Positions 12,861-25,836 of a stretch of DNA of 64,000 nt are shown here, one piece after another (within the stretch, counting starts at the first letter, position 1; the number at the start of each line of letters is the position of its first letter). The notes under the pieces are model-generated. The model saw only the letters and a list, made by a program, of their open reading frames with translations, searched no databases and was not told the origin of the DNA. Location: the NCBI RefSeq assembly GCF_009914755.1, contig NC_060936.1; one strand, written 5' to 3'. The stretch comes from the human T2T-CHM13v2.0 reference genome, Homo sapiens. The position numbers were made by a program, and so were the translations under genes.

Positions 12861-13625
12861 ATGAAACAAACTATTTTTGGCATTGGAGTCGTGACAATGC
12901 CAGTTTTTGTTGATGGCTGGTGTTGCTAACGCTACATGCCCATGTAAAGAGCAGAAGACAGTCGCAAAGGTGATCACTTGTAAATTTTATTCAAACATTT
13001 GAACTCATATATACAGGATAGGCACTCAGATAAATAAAACTACGGCATCCAGAGGTAAGGGGGAAATTAAATCTAATATAACTTAACTGTTTTATTTTAT
13101 TACCTCTGAGCAGATTGGATTTCCTATGAGTAGTCGCCTCTGATTTTTATTTCAATAATGAAGCCAATCTTTTTTTATTATTAATGCACACTTTTATATG
13201 AATAGTGGTAGTTTAGGGGTGACAGCCTCAATTTTGGGTGACAGAAATACAAATTTCTCTGTCCCCACCTTAAACCTACTGAATCAGAATCTTTGGCGTG
13301 AGGATCCCCAGGGCTTTCATAAGTAGCTGCCACAGCATAGGGGGAGATTTTGGAATAGCTAGTCCAGGTATTTCCATGGAACGTAGAGTCAGAAAATAAG
13401 ACCTTCGAGACCTGGTGCTTGGCTCTGTTACTGCTGTCATAAAATATTTTCAGACGAGGGTGTGCTGTGTGATCACAGAGTTTGGATTATGGGTCTCATT
13501 GCCAGCCATATTGATTGGAAGATTTCTGTGAGATATCTAACTTTATAAAGAGGACTGGTTTCAGGTGACATCTTCATTCAATAGACATTTTCCCACTTTA
13601 ATCAACACCAGTATTAAAGCAAAGA

Positions 13626-13631
<6 letters not shown>

Positions 13632-13664
<33 letters not shown>
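13632..13664. repeat. (TA)n microsatellite
   Basis: About 16 perfect TA units. Confidence 0.95.
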
Positions 13665-13668
<4 letters not shown>

Positions 13669-15775
13669 CAATGTGATTAAACAATGCAATTAAACAATGA
13701 AAATTGATTAAACAATGTGGTTAAACAATGAAAAAAAAGCCTTACTATAATTGCCAGACACTAAGAATAACATTTGCTTGTTGATTTAGCTGTATTATTT
13801 CGAAGTCCTAGATCATTTTGTATCCTTAACTGCTGCAGGTTTGCAAAAGCATTTTTCAACCTGCAGTTGATAATATGTATCCCCTATGGCTTTTGGACAT
13901 CTTGCTTTTAAGGCATTTTAACTTCCCAGGCTTCTCCAGAGACAGCCCCAAAACATTGAAGCCCACACCTGAAGGGAGGAAGAGAAAGCAAACACTCCTC
14001 CCTGTGAATTTGTGTAGAAAAGACAAAAATATGGCTTCTCCAACCACTTACTCATCCTTCCATCTTAGCTGGGAAGCTGTTGGATCAGTAGCATCTGCTG
14101 ATGAATAACAGGATGACCATAGGAGGCAAGAATAATATTTCCTGAGCCAAGAAATGAGAAATAGTTATAAAAACACCCCACATTTTAGATCATTTTTTAA
14201 AAATCGTGCACTATTTATCACAGGTCATTGTGAGGGCACATTCCACAGAAGTGAGCAAAAATCCCAGGTATCCTTGAAAGCAAGATCCTTGGAAATTAGG
14301 ATGGCAATTAAGTTATGTGTCTGGTCCCAACATATTTGAAACCACTTAAGCACTTCCAGCAGAGTTAGATTCACCAGTGCACAGTATTGTCAAGAAACCA
14401 AAAGAATCTGCCCAGAAGAAATGGATAAACTGAGTAAAAGAAACTGTAACAAGTCAGTGTTTGTGCATGTATTAAAGATTTTTGCTTATTATTTTCAATA
14501 AAGGATATTTAATACTGAAAGTTGTATGGATAGAAGTAACATAGTTTTAGCATCTTAAAGATGGATGGTATTCAGTTAGTGAAATCATAGAGCAATTTGC
14601 CTAAAACTTAAGAGAAACTGTTTACTTAAAATAATATTTGTTTCTGATAGATATTAAGTAAATATTAATGAAACCAACTTGATGTCAGTAAATAATAATA
14701 AGTAAAAAAACCAACTTTGTATTTCTCTATTTCACTGTAACTATTGTCTCATTTTGAATTGAATATTATTTCACTTGTGTTTTGTTTACACAAGACCTTC
14801 AGGACATATCTGCCCTGAAGCTAAGCACATGATCTAAAAGATGGGCACTTGTTCTTTTACCAAAGAGTTTTCTGGGGATTGAGATCCACTTACCAAACTA
14901 TTCTCAAAGCTGCAGGAATCTTTGATGGCTTCAAAGAATTAATTTCCTTCATCCAAATGAGCAGTTTGCTTCTTTCTCAGCAACTTGTACTTGCCATAAC
15001 TCTCTTCTTAGCAGAAGTGTGACATTGCCTCTTCCTTCTTTTCCTTCTGCTATTTTGGTGCAGTCCTGCCGGAGGCAATGGTTATGCAAGTGCCGCTGAA
15101 TGCATTGCTGATCACAGGATGACACTTAGATAAATTTAGGTCTCAGTTTCTTTTAGGACAGAACAAACTTTTCCCAAATTAGACTTCCTTGAACTCCTAG
15201 ACATACTATATGTTGGCACATATCACACCATCTTGTCTACAGTACATAGTAGTGAGTGCAAATAGCTTTGTCTTAACTAAGTATATTCACACTGGAAATT
15301 GTAGAATGTTCAAGTACCATATCTATATTTGGTTCAATTCTCTTAAAGAAAATAAAAGCCAGTCCTGAAGACGTAAAGTGGCTTGTCACACATCTAGTTA
15401 GTGGGTGCATCAAGGCTAGTATCCACATCTTATGACTGCAAATCCCATGACAATTCCATTCCATTCATTCATTTATTCATTTGTACTATTTACTGAGTAC
15501 CTACTATGTGCCAGGCAGGGTGTTTAGCTTTGCAAATAGAATGCAAAACAAGTTATAGTACCAGCCCTCAAATTTTAGTACTCCCTACTCTTTGAGCAAT
15601 ATTTGGCCGGTTGCAACTTGGAGTTTGTGCAATTTTTCAGTAATGATACCCAATGTGTAAATATACAATGCTCATATATCTTTATTTTCCCTTCTTCCCT
15701 CTTCTAACTAGCCCCAGTCAATGACTTGACTTCCCATAGCACCAAGCACTTAACACCAATAAGAGTAAGATGGGA

Positions 15776-16055
15776 GGCTGGGCACGGTGGCTCATGCCTG
15801 TAATCCTAGCACTTTGGGAGGCCAAGGCGGGCGGATCATGAGGTCAGGAGATCGAGACCATCCAGGCTAACATGGTGAAACCCCATCTCTACGAAAAATA
15901 CAAAAAATTAGCTGGGCATGTTGGCAGGTGCCTGTAGTCCCAGCTACTCGGGAGGCTGAGGCAGGAGAATGGTGTGAATCCAGGAGGCAGAGCTTACAAT
16001 GAGCCAAGATTGCGCCACTGTGTGTGAGACTCTGTCTCGGAAAAAAAAAAAAAAA
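15776..16055 (+). mobile_element. AluY-like with a right-arm deletion
   Basis: Full left arm, A-rich linker and poly(A). Imperfect TSD ending GATGGGA. Confidence 0.95.
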
Positions 16056-17077
16056 GAGGGTATGATGGGAAATAGAGTTGAAATGAATTATGAAAAATTC
16101 CATAGGGAAGATCATGAAAATTCTTCCCCAGAAAACAATGTTCTTGATTCACCACCGCAAGGCTTGGGGGTTATTAGCTTGTGTGTCTCTCCTCTCGTTT
16201 ACTCACTGTGTCACCAGGTCCTCTCTTTCCTCAAACTGGCTGAGACGTAGCTTGCATCCTCTAGCTTTACTTTCCTTCTGTATCTAAAGATAGACACAAA
16301 CTCTTGGTGTTTTAAGTACTTAAGTGCTAATCCTTGTGGGGAAAGTGAGAGGGGAAGAGCAAAAATAACCAATGTGAAGAAGTTATGAAGTTTCCAGAAT
16401 GATACCGTTGAATCTTGGCATAGGATCAGTAGTTAGTTGCTTACTTCCTCTAAGATAAGTGGAAAAACCCCATTATCTTCAGCTATCTGTCTTTATTTCT
16501 GGAGGCAAGATCAAAAACCAACCATCTGCCCTATAAGTCCTTACTTATTCTCCTGAACTAGATGAGTACAGGCATTGTCTGATGAGAGGATTTCTAGCTT
16601 TCAACAGATTCTCACAGAATTCATGACCAGAACAACATGGGGTAATGACTGCTTTAGGAGCCATTAAGTGGGCCATTTTAGTTCCTTGAAGTCCTCTAGA
16701 CTTTGGCCACTGTCAGTTCAGGAAAGATGCCTTCTGAAGATTCCTCACAGAGACTGTACAGCTGTTTGGGATACATAGGATTTTATATTTCATCTTCAGT
16801 GATTCATGAGCATTACATTGTTCCAAAACAGAGAAAGGATTATGTCATTCCCCTGCATAACACCTTCCATGGCTCTCCATTCCCTACAGTAGCCTTGCCA
16901 AGTGTATGAGATGCTAATTGAGGTAGACTGTGGGAGGTGGGTGTTTCCGGTGCAGAAGAACCCTTGATATCACCTTCACTTCCTGCTATATGGCTGCGTA
17001 TCGAAAGGCAAGTTACTTAACTTCCTGCTATATGGCTGTATTCAAAGGCAAGTTACTTAACCTTTCAGTCTTCCCAA

Positions 17078-17472
17078 TGTATTCATTTGCTAGGGCTGCT
17101 GTAACAAAGTACCACAAACTGGGCGGCTTAACCAAAAGAAGTGTATTGTCTCACAGTTTTGGAGGCTAGATGTCTGAGATCCAGGTGTCAGCGGGGTTGG
17201 CTTCTGAGAGCTGTGAGGGAAGGATCTGTTCCAGACCTCTCTTTGCTAATAGATGGCTGTCTTCTCCTTGTGTCTCACATCCTCTTCTTTCTATGCGTAT
17301 ATCTGTCTTTTTATAAAGACATCCATCATATGGGATTAGGGACCCCCCCCCACTCCAGTATGACCTCATCTTAACTAATTGTATTTGCAGTGATCATATT
17401 TCCAAATAAGGTCACATTCTAAGGTACTGAGGTTTAGGACTTCAACATATAAAACAATTCAACCCATAACAC
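17078..17472 (-). mobile_element. MLT1A-type MaLR LTR
   Basis: TGTATTCATTTGCTAGGGCTGCTGTAACAAAGTACCACAAACTGGG...CCAAATAAGGTCACATTCT...CAACCCATAAC. Confidence 0.85.
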
Positions 17473-17649
17473 CCAGGAAATTATTACTTGACTTCTTATT
17501 ATCACAATGGAAAATGAGATGAAACTATCTGCAAACCACTTTCTGTGTACTAAAAAAAAGTACATATATTTTTGGTATGGATTAATAGTGAACATGAGTA
17601 ATGACTACTGACTTCACCAAGAGTTTCTTCTCCACATGATCTTTATTAT

Positions 17650-18830
17650 TTTTTAGGTATAACATCTGTGTGGAAAAGTGAATATATCACAAATGCATTT
17701 AACACACACAGACACCTCCCAGATTCTATCTTCCAAGTTAAAAAAGAAAAGCAGAAAAACATTTATCAGCATCCTATAAGCTCCCCTCATACTCCTGGGC
17801 AGTCAGTACCTAGTGCCTCCCAGATTATCCACTGTCTTGACTTCTAAGTCACAGATTAGCCAAGTTCAAACATAGATTAGCTTTACCAGTTTTTGGAGTT
17901 TGTATAAATGAAATTATATAGTAATACTTTTTTTTACATCTGGCTTATTTACTCAATATTATGTTTGTGAGATCTTTCAAATTATTGTGTGTATTTGTAG
18001 ATTATTCATTCACATTGCTGTGTAATACTCCATACTGTGAATATGCCATACTTTATGCATTCTGTTGATGAAGACTTTAGTAGTTTCCATTGTGAGTTTC
18101 TTAGGACTAGAGCTGCTATGAGCATTCTTGAGAATGTCTTTTGTTAAACATACGTACACATTTCTTTGGGGTATACTTAGGTGTGAAATTGCTTTATGCA
18201 AAGAGCTTTAATAAATCTGCCAAAGCGTTTTCCAAAGTGATCGTTCAAGTAATACTCCCAGCAGTGGTAGTCAAGAATTTCCCTTGTTCCACATTCTTGT
18301 CAACACTTCTTATTTTCTGTCATTTTCATTTTAACCATTTGGGTGAGAGAGTAGTTGTGAGGCATGGTAGTTTTATTTGTATTTCTCTGGTGAGTGAAAA
18401 GATTGAGCACCTTTCTATATATTTTTTGGCCACTTGGATATCTTCTCTTGTGATGTCCCCAAGTCTTTGCTCATTTGTCTATTGGGTTATCTATCTTTTT
18501 CATAGTTATTTGTGGGTATACGTTATATGTTCTGGATACAATTCCTTTGTTAGATATGTGCTTTGTCAATGTCTTCTCCCAATCTATGCCTGGCCTTTTT
18601 GCTCTTTTTTATCTTTTAATGAACACAAATTCTTAATCTTAATAGAGTTCAATTTATTAGTGGTGTTCTTCATAGTATTTTTTGCCTACTCATGAAGCAA
18701 GATGTTCTTTTCTAAAAATTGTGTTGTTTTGCCTTTTACACTAAAAGTTATACTATCCATCTGAAATTAATTTTTTGTGTGATGTGAGAAATAAAATACA
18801 TGTTTTTCCATGTGGATATTCAATTGACTC
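17650..18830 (-). mobile_element. Ancient L1 (L1MD/ME) ORF2-3'UTR fragment
   Basis: T-rich antisense L1 motifs such as CATTGCTGTGTAATACTCCAT and GATTGAGCACCTTTCTATATATTTTTTGGCCACTTGG. Confidence 0.75.
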
Positions 18831-20389
18831 TACATTAATCATTAGAATTCTGCATTTCATTTTAAATCACGGGCACACAGTAGCAGTCTGGATGCCTCAG
18901 AATGAACACATTTAAGGATCAAGTCATTTAAAACATATCTCACTATAATGACTTCTGCAGCCCATTTTGACTGTGAATAGCCTAGGCTGTTCAGTGTTAA
19001 GGTCAAATGCTCATTTAATCTGCTTGCAGGAACCTAATTTCTGGTCTAATAGATTAAGTAAAATAAAACAAATAAATGCATCCCCTTGGAAATAGATCAC
19101 TCTAAAAAATCAAAGTATACAATTTAAAATTAATTTGGATCCTAGACATAAGGGTTATTGGTGAAAAAAATTAATAGTGTGGAAAGGTCTTGACCAAACA
19201 TTTGGGGAGAAATAACCAAAAGGCTTATCTTTTATTATTAAGGAAGGCAAATGAAGACAAGGCCCACTTGTCTTCATTATACTCACACATTTACTGTCTC
19301 ATTAGTTCCCCCAACTCTCATCAAGGTGGAAGACATGGAATAAGGAGAGATTGAAGGCAGAAAGATTAGCTAGGTGGCCATTCATTCTTTGACGCATTCA
19401 TTCAACGAGTATTTATTCAATGATTATTGTACCAAGTATAGTATTAAATTCTGTGAATATTAAGAAGAGTAAAACACAGTCATTGCCCTGAAGGCATTTG
19501 CAATCCAGTGGAGAAAATAGACAACTAAGTAGTCACTTACATAAATGTGATAATGAATAGAGGCTGTGAGAGTTTGGCAGATAGGACATTCAACTCAGCC
19601 CAGAGTGAGGGGAGACCTGGGAACCCCTTCTCAAAGTCTGAGGTTTGCCCACTGAAGGATAGGACAGGATGAAGGATGAATGGAGGACATAGCCTCTAGA
19701 GCTAGTCTACAAGATGTGTGACCGTGGACAAATCACTTTATTTCTCTGTGCCTTAGTTTTCTATTTGTTAAATGGGGTTTATAATAGTAACCACCATAGA
19801 GTTGATCTGCTAATTCATTCTTCCGTTAGAAGAGTGATTGACACTGAGTATGTGTTTAGTGAGTCAAGCTATTGTCATATGTGAGAGTTACAGCATTACA
19901 GTTGGTCCCGAAGTTCTGGAGAAGCAAAGAGGTATTATCCACAGCATTTGTCCATTGTGACAACTGTAGTAGACAGAGAAGAGCAGTGACCAGAACCCAG
20001 GAGTTCAGACTATTGTCCTGATTGTGCTCTATGTCTACATCAGATAAACGACTAGATTATCTTTAAAGTTCCTTTCCACTCTCATGTCCTATGATTCTGC
20101 AGCTTCTGCTGAGATAGACTTAATAAATATGATTTGAATTCTGGTGGTAGAGAAATAAAGAAATCAAAATCCATTCTTAGATTTCCAGCTGAGTGACTGA
20201 GTGAGCAGTGATATCATTTCAAAAGAAACAGGCAAGTCAAGAAGAGATAGGTGTGTGGAGACTGGGAGACAGATTCGTGGATAGAATTTTTAGGTTGGAA
20301 GAAACCATTTCCATCATTTTATTTCAGTGTGGTAGAGAGGCAGATATTTCCACAGTTAATCACGGCCACAGAAACAGGAGCCCTATTGC

Positions 20390-20665
20390 CTAGATCAGGG
20401 TTTGTCACTTACTAGCAAGTTACTTGAATGTTCTGCATCTGGCTTTCTTCATCTGTAAAATGCAGGTGAAATGCAGATTGAACCATGCACAATTGCCCTT
20501 TGTAGGTCAAAATGGTTGAGTGTTGGCAATTTCATATGGTTTGACCTAATAATAGATACCCTCTAAGGGGCTGTACTGAGAAGTAAATGAGTTCGTGTGT
20601 GTTACCTGCTTAGGACAGAGCTCAACACGTAATACAGTACTATGGAAGTGTTTCCCTTATTATTA
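20390..20665 (+). mobile_element. MIR SINE, interrupted by a MITE
   Basis: Core GCAAGTTACTTGA...TTTCTTCATCTGTAAAATG resumes after the MITE as ATAATAG...TAAATGAG. Confidence 0.65.
20474..20548. mobile_element. MADE2-like mariner MITE (~75-bp palindrome)
   Basis: Inverted arms AGATTGAACCATGCACAATTGCC and GGCAATTTCATATGGTTTGACCT. Confidence 0.7.
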
Positions 20666-23600
20666 AGGCCATTTAGCTTTTTCAAAATCGATTGCACCAA
20701 GCTTCATTTAGGAAGAACAATCAGGAATTGCATAGTACACCTATTTAGGTCTCTTTCCCATTCTTCACTTATGCAGGCACGAGGCCTTGATGAGGCAGTT
20801 AGTCCCTAGGAATACAGCTGGGTTTACTTTTGCCGACGCGGCTGCTGCCATTTTGCTTGTTTCTCATGCCTGCATCTAGACAGGAATTGGCTTCTGCTCC
20901 AAAAGGAAATTTAGCATCAAAGTTCTCGGATGAGCTAGCTTCCTCTCCCTGTTCTTTTGTCCTCCACCCTCACTCCCTCCCTAGCCCAACTCTTGGTACC
21001 AGCAGGCCTAGTTTCCATCTCCCTCACAGGGTGTGATATTGGTGACATACTGGTCATCCAACATCTGAAGGCCCTTGGTATTCTGGACACCCCGGCTGGC
21101 CCTGCAGAGACGGGAAAAGGAGAAGGGCATATCTAAGGCTAAGAAGAGGGAAGAACGGAGGGGAGAGTGAAGGGAGCTCCAGCTCTGAGCCATGAACTGA
21201 GGAGTAGGACAGACACAGAGGCTACTGAAGAACCCTGTTCTAGTTGCATGACTTTGACGAGTCTTAGACTGTTCGTGTGATGAGTCTCCAATTGTGCATG
21301 AACCAAGATGCAGAGAGATGTTAAAGAAGCAGGAAAAACAAAACTAAACTAAAGATGTATCTTTCCTGTGTCTTTTAAATCACAGGGACACAGTAGCAAG
21401 CTGGACACCCTAGCAGTAAAAGCAGTATGAGTGGAGTTCCTTACAGAACTATTTACTTGCTGTTGCCTGGTGTCATAAACAGATTAACGATGACTCATAC
21501 TGTTGGTTTATAATATATGTTCCAGTTTGTGAATTGTCTTTTCACTTCCTTTTTTGTGTGTTTTTGAAGCACAGAAGTTCTTACTATTAATGTAGCTGAA
21601 GTTACTGAATATTTTCTCTTTGTTTTCAGGTATTTGTATCTTGCTTAAGGAGATGATTCCCTATCTGCTTCACATTTTAAGTAATTAGTATGTAAACCTC
21701 TCCTACGTTAGGCTGTGGTTTCAAGTTTGCAACCATTCAAGTTTGCAATAGTTTATTTTCTCTTGTTGGTGTCACCCTAGTGATACATTTTACACAAAAG
21801 AAGGAAATACTCTAAGGATGAAATTCAGAATTACAAATTATGGCTGATTAAAATCACCCTTACTAATTACTGAATGTTTCACAAGTGCAAGACACTTTAC
21901 AAAAAGTTTGTCGCATCAATCCCAGGGATCACAGACGAGGAAAATTAGGCCCACAAAGTTTAAAATGTAATCATTAAGCAAGCAATTAACATAAAAATAT
22001 AGTTATTATTGAAAGCATAATTTTGGTTAGGAGAGAGTTCCAACTCAAAAATCTCCTTTGAGAACTAACCTAAAGAATGCTTTGGGTGTTGAAATATTCC
22101 CATTTTGTTTGAATGTAGTAGACACATTTCTATTAAAAGTAGCATCATATTTGCCTGAAAATCAATGAAAAATGATTTTCTTCTTTTTCGATGATCAAAT
22201 TTTTCAAGAACAGAGTGTCTTTGTTATCAAGGACAGTTTGGAAAGCAGTTGTACCAAATAGGTAAACATTTGGAGCCTTGAAGAGGAAATTAGCTGTTGA
22301 GGTTAGAGTTTCCTTGCAAATTCAATACATTTAAGTTCACAGAGTTCTAATATTCTAATACATGGTAATTAAGAAAAAAAATATAGAACAGAGTTATCAG
22401 GTGTCCAAATGTCCTAGATGTTGTTGTATAGGAAAAACAGGAAGCAAATAAACACCTGGTAAAAAGCTTTCTCCTGTCCTATAGCAGTTAGAAGTTGTAA
22501 ATTTCTTTCATCAAAATTTCAGTCTTGGCTCTGTCACTAACAGCGGCCTTAGCCAAATCACTACTTGTCTCTGATCCTCAGTTTCCTCATCTGTGAATAA
22601 CAACATCTACACTATTTATCTCCCAAGGTTTTTGTGAGAAGATACTGAAATATGTGCATGAAATGCTTTGAGAATTGTTAATATAAAGTCTAAGATGTAA
22701 ATTATAAGAGTTGCTGATATATTAATAGTAAATGGTATTGACAGTATCTAAGACTGATAAGGTCTTTTGTGTGTGTGTGTACAGACTTTAATATCTATAT
22801 CTATACATAATTTTATACATGATAATAGTAATTTTCATTTAAATTACATTTAACACTCCTTGGAGGACTTATTATGTCCATTATTTTATGTGAGTCCCTG
22901 AGTAACCTTGTGAGGTGGACCAAGTGTTGTCTTATCTTTCCATGTTGATAATGCAGATCTCTGCTTTCTGACCAAAAGGAAAGCCTCTCCTCTTTGGCAA
23001 TTTCCATAGCTTCTGTCAGTCCTTGTTGCTGTTGCCCGTCACCTCCAGATTATTCCCTGATATTTATCAAATATGTGGCTCACATATGTCCTCTCCTTTC
23101 CTACTTCTGAGAGTATTCTTAACATTGAAGTCCATGTGGATGAACATTCAGCACTCTGATGCTTTGACCTCACACTTTCATCAGTTTTCATTTTAAGCAC
23201 TAAAGCACCCGATTTTTAGAAACCCACTTCCAAGGCAAGTCCTCAGGCTTTGACATTGCTCCAGACAGCTATATCTGAAATCTCTAAATCTGACAGTTCA
23301 CTCTTGGACAGTGACCTTCTTTACTTCCAGCTCTCTTAGTTTCTTTCTCCCCCTATAGCTATGGTTCCAGTTCAGCAGGACTTTCATTCTTTAAACTCCC
23401 CACGATCCCTGCCCCTGATACAGATAAACATATGCACTTTCTCATAGTCAATGAGCTTCCTCTGGATCTTGCTTCCTTCTCTGTGTAGCCTAGGTCAATT
23501 ACTTTAAGAGTACCCTTGCCAACTGCTTCTATTCCTACCCTTTTTATTTGTTACTCCCAATTTGGATCTTGCCAATAATCGATTTTTCCTGCTCCAACCA

Positions 23601-25040
23601 CCAGCAGTCAGGCGTTGCTGGAGAAAAACCAGGTAAGTATGTGTATGAAATGGAGATGGTACAAATCCATCGCTATCCCCATTGGATACTCTGCTGCTTT
23701 CAGCTTCTTTGCTGGTTTCTGGTGTGTTTTCTATTCTATCTGAAGGAGTTGTTATAAATATTTACCCCTTTCCAGGAGCTTTTTCCTTTACTTGCAACTT
23801 TTAAATTAACATTATATGATCTTGCCTCACACTCCACAGAGAAAAGAAAAATAACCAAAGATCTGTCTCTGGTTCTGCTCCAACCTCCCTCTTTTCCTTC
23901 TTTTTAGAGGATGACATGACATTCCCCTATTCAAGTCTGACCTACGTTTTTCTACAAATTTTATTCCCTCTGAACTTCTCCAGAGGCTTACTTCCACTTA
24001 TTTTCGTTCTCTCCTTTTCAGTCTCTCAGAGCATGTAGATGCTCAAACATTTCATTTCACTAACAAATAAATGAGCATTCCACACACACCCTTATTTTTA
24101 CATCCTTCTATTCTTCAATTGTTACGTCATTATCCTATATCACTTTTCCTCTTGTGGTTGAATGTCACCCAGAGGTACTTTACATTAGCTCTTCTGATTA
24201 AGTAATGCCTCCACGGAGTTGTCATATAAATACTACAATCCAACAACAGTTCACGAATTATCCTGACAATTTGGTGCTTTATTTAGTCACTTCTATGTTG
24301 ACATTTTGCCTTATTCAGTAAGGAAGTTTGCTTTAGATAAATATATGACGGTAAATTGCAGCTTTGACCAATGACTAGAGAGAGTATCAAAGCATTAACT
24401 ATTACACCTCGTGTAAGAAACAAGAACTTTAAGGATAGTGATGGGAATTGTGGGAAAAAAATTCCTCATTACCAGTTACTAATGTGACATTCTTGGAGAG
24501 ATGGTGCTTCCCAAATAAACAGTGTCGTCAAAATAAATGTGCATACCCTCATAGATGAAATACAAATAGTTTTTTTACGCAGGATTCCAGAAAGTAGCAG
24601 AGGGTGGGATCTTGATAACGTGTCAGTCAAGAGTAAACACAGATGCCAGGGAAGTCTTTCCTGCACAGTTAGTTTATCCCGCTTGAAACCAGAGGCCAGC
24701 TGGGAGTTGCTGAACTTTGGTTCTCGCTCCATAAAAGGGAAGCCTGCAATTAGATGAACCTTTGCCTTTGCTGACAGAAATTACTGAGATTTATGATACT
24801 GTGAGGGTACGTGGGGGACCTTATATTCTTAGCAAATGTCAAATTACCCTGATGATATTTCTGGTCAGCTCATTTCTGGGGATGGAGAGCAGTGTGCTTA
24901 CTGACAGACTAGGCCCTGTGAGGCATCCTCATTTGGTGCATGTTCAGATGTTTCAAAAGCTCATTTCTAAAGAACAGGCTCAGAAAGAAATGAACAGAAA
25001 GTAATTCAAACTACCAGTAATCATAATTTAGTATTCATCT

Positions 25041-25684
25041 TGTGTCCAGAATTGGTTCCTTCCAGTGGGTTCTTGGTTTTGCTGACTTCAAGAATGAAGC
25101 CGCGGACCTTCGCGGTGAGTGTTACAGCTCTTAAGGATGGTGTGTCTGGAGTTTGTTCCTTCAGATGTGTCCAGAGTTTCTTCCTTTTGGTGGGTTTGTG
25201 GTCTCGCTGACTTCAAGAATGAAGCCGTGGACGTTCGTGATGAGTGTCACAGCTCTTAAAGGTGGTGTGGACCCAAAGAGTGAGCAACAGCAAGATTTAC
25301 TGTGAAGAGCAAAAGAACAAAACTTTCACAGCGTGGAAGGGGACCCAAGTGGGTTGCTGCTGCTGGCTGGGGTGGCAAGCTTTTATTCCCTTATTTGTCC
25401 CCTCCCATGTCCTGCTGATTGATCCATTTTACAGAGCGTTGATTGGTCCATTTTACAGAGTGCTGATTGGTCCATTTTACAGAGTGCTGATTGATGTGTT
25501 TACAATCCTTTAGCTAGACACAGAGCACTGATTTGGTGCGTTTTTACAGAGTGCTGATTGGTGCATTTACAATCCTTTAGCTAGACACAGAGCACTGATT
25601 GGTGCGTTTCCAATCCTCTAGCTAGACAGAAAAGTTCTCCAAGTCCCCACTCGACCCAGGAAGTCCAGCTGGCTTCACCTCTCA
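25041..25684 (-). mobile_element. LTR12-family 3' LTR
   Basis: TGAGAGGTGAAGCCAGCTGG...TTCTGGACACA with tandem CCAATCAGCACTCTGTAAAA units. Preceded by the PPT TTTAGAGGGGGGAT. Confidence 0.95.
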
Positions 25685-25836
25685 ATCCCCCCTCTAAACA
25701 GGACACCCCAACTGCTGTTGGGAATTGGGCAATGACCACTGTAGCTACTTCCTGCTGGATAGGGGCAAAGTAGCAGCCCTGCAGTTGTAGTGTCCTCCAG
25801 AGGTGAACTCTTTAGGCCAGTGAAAGGGTCAGTGGG

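Noticed and set aside
18141-18695. 184-aa hydrophobic ORF
   Set aside because: Antisense read of a T-rich old L1 fragment, with no recognisable domain.
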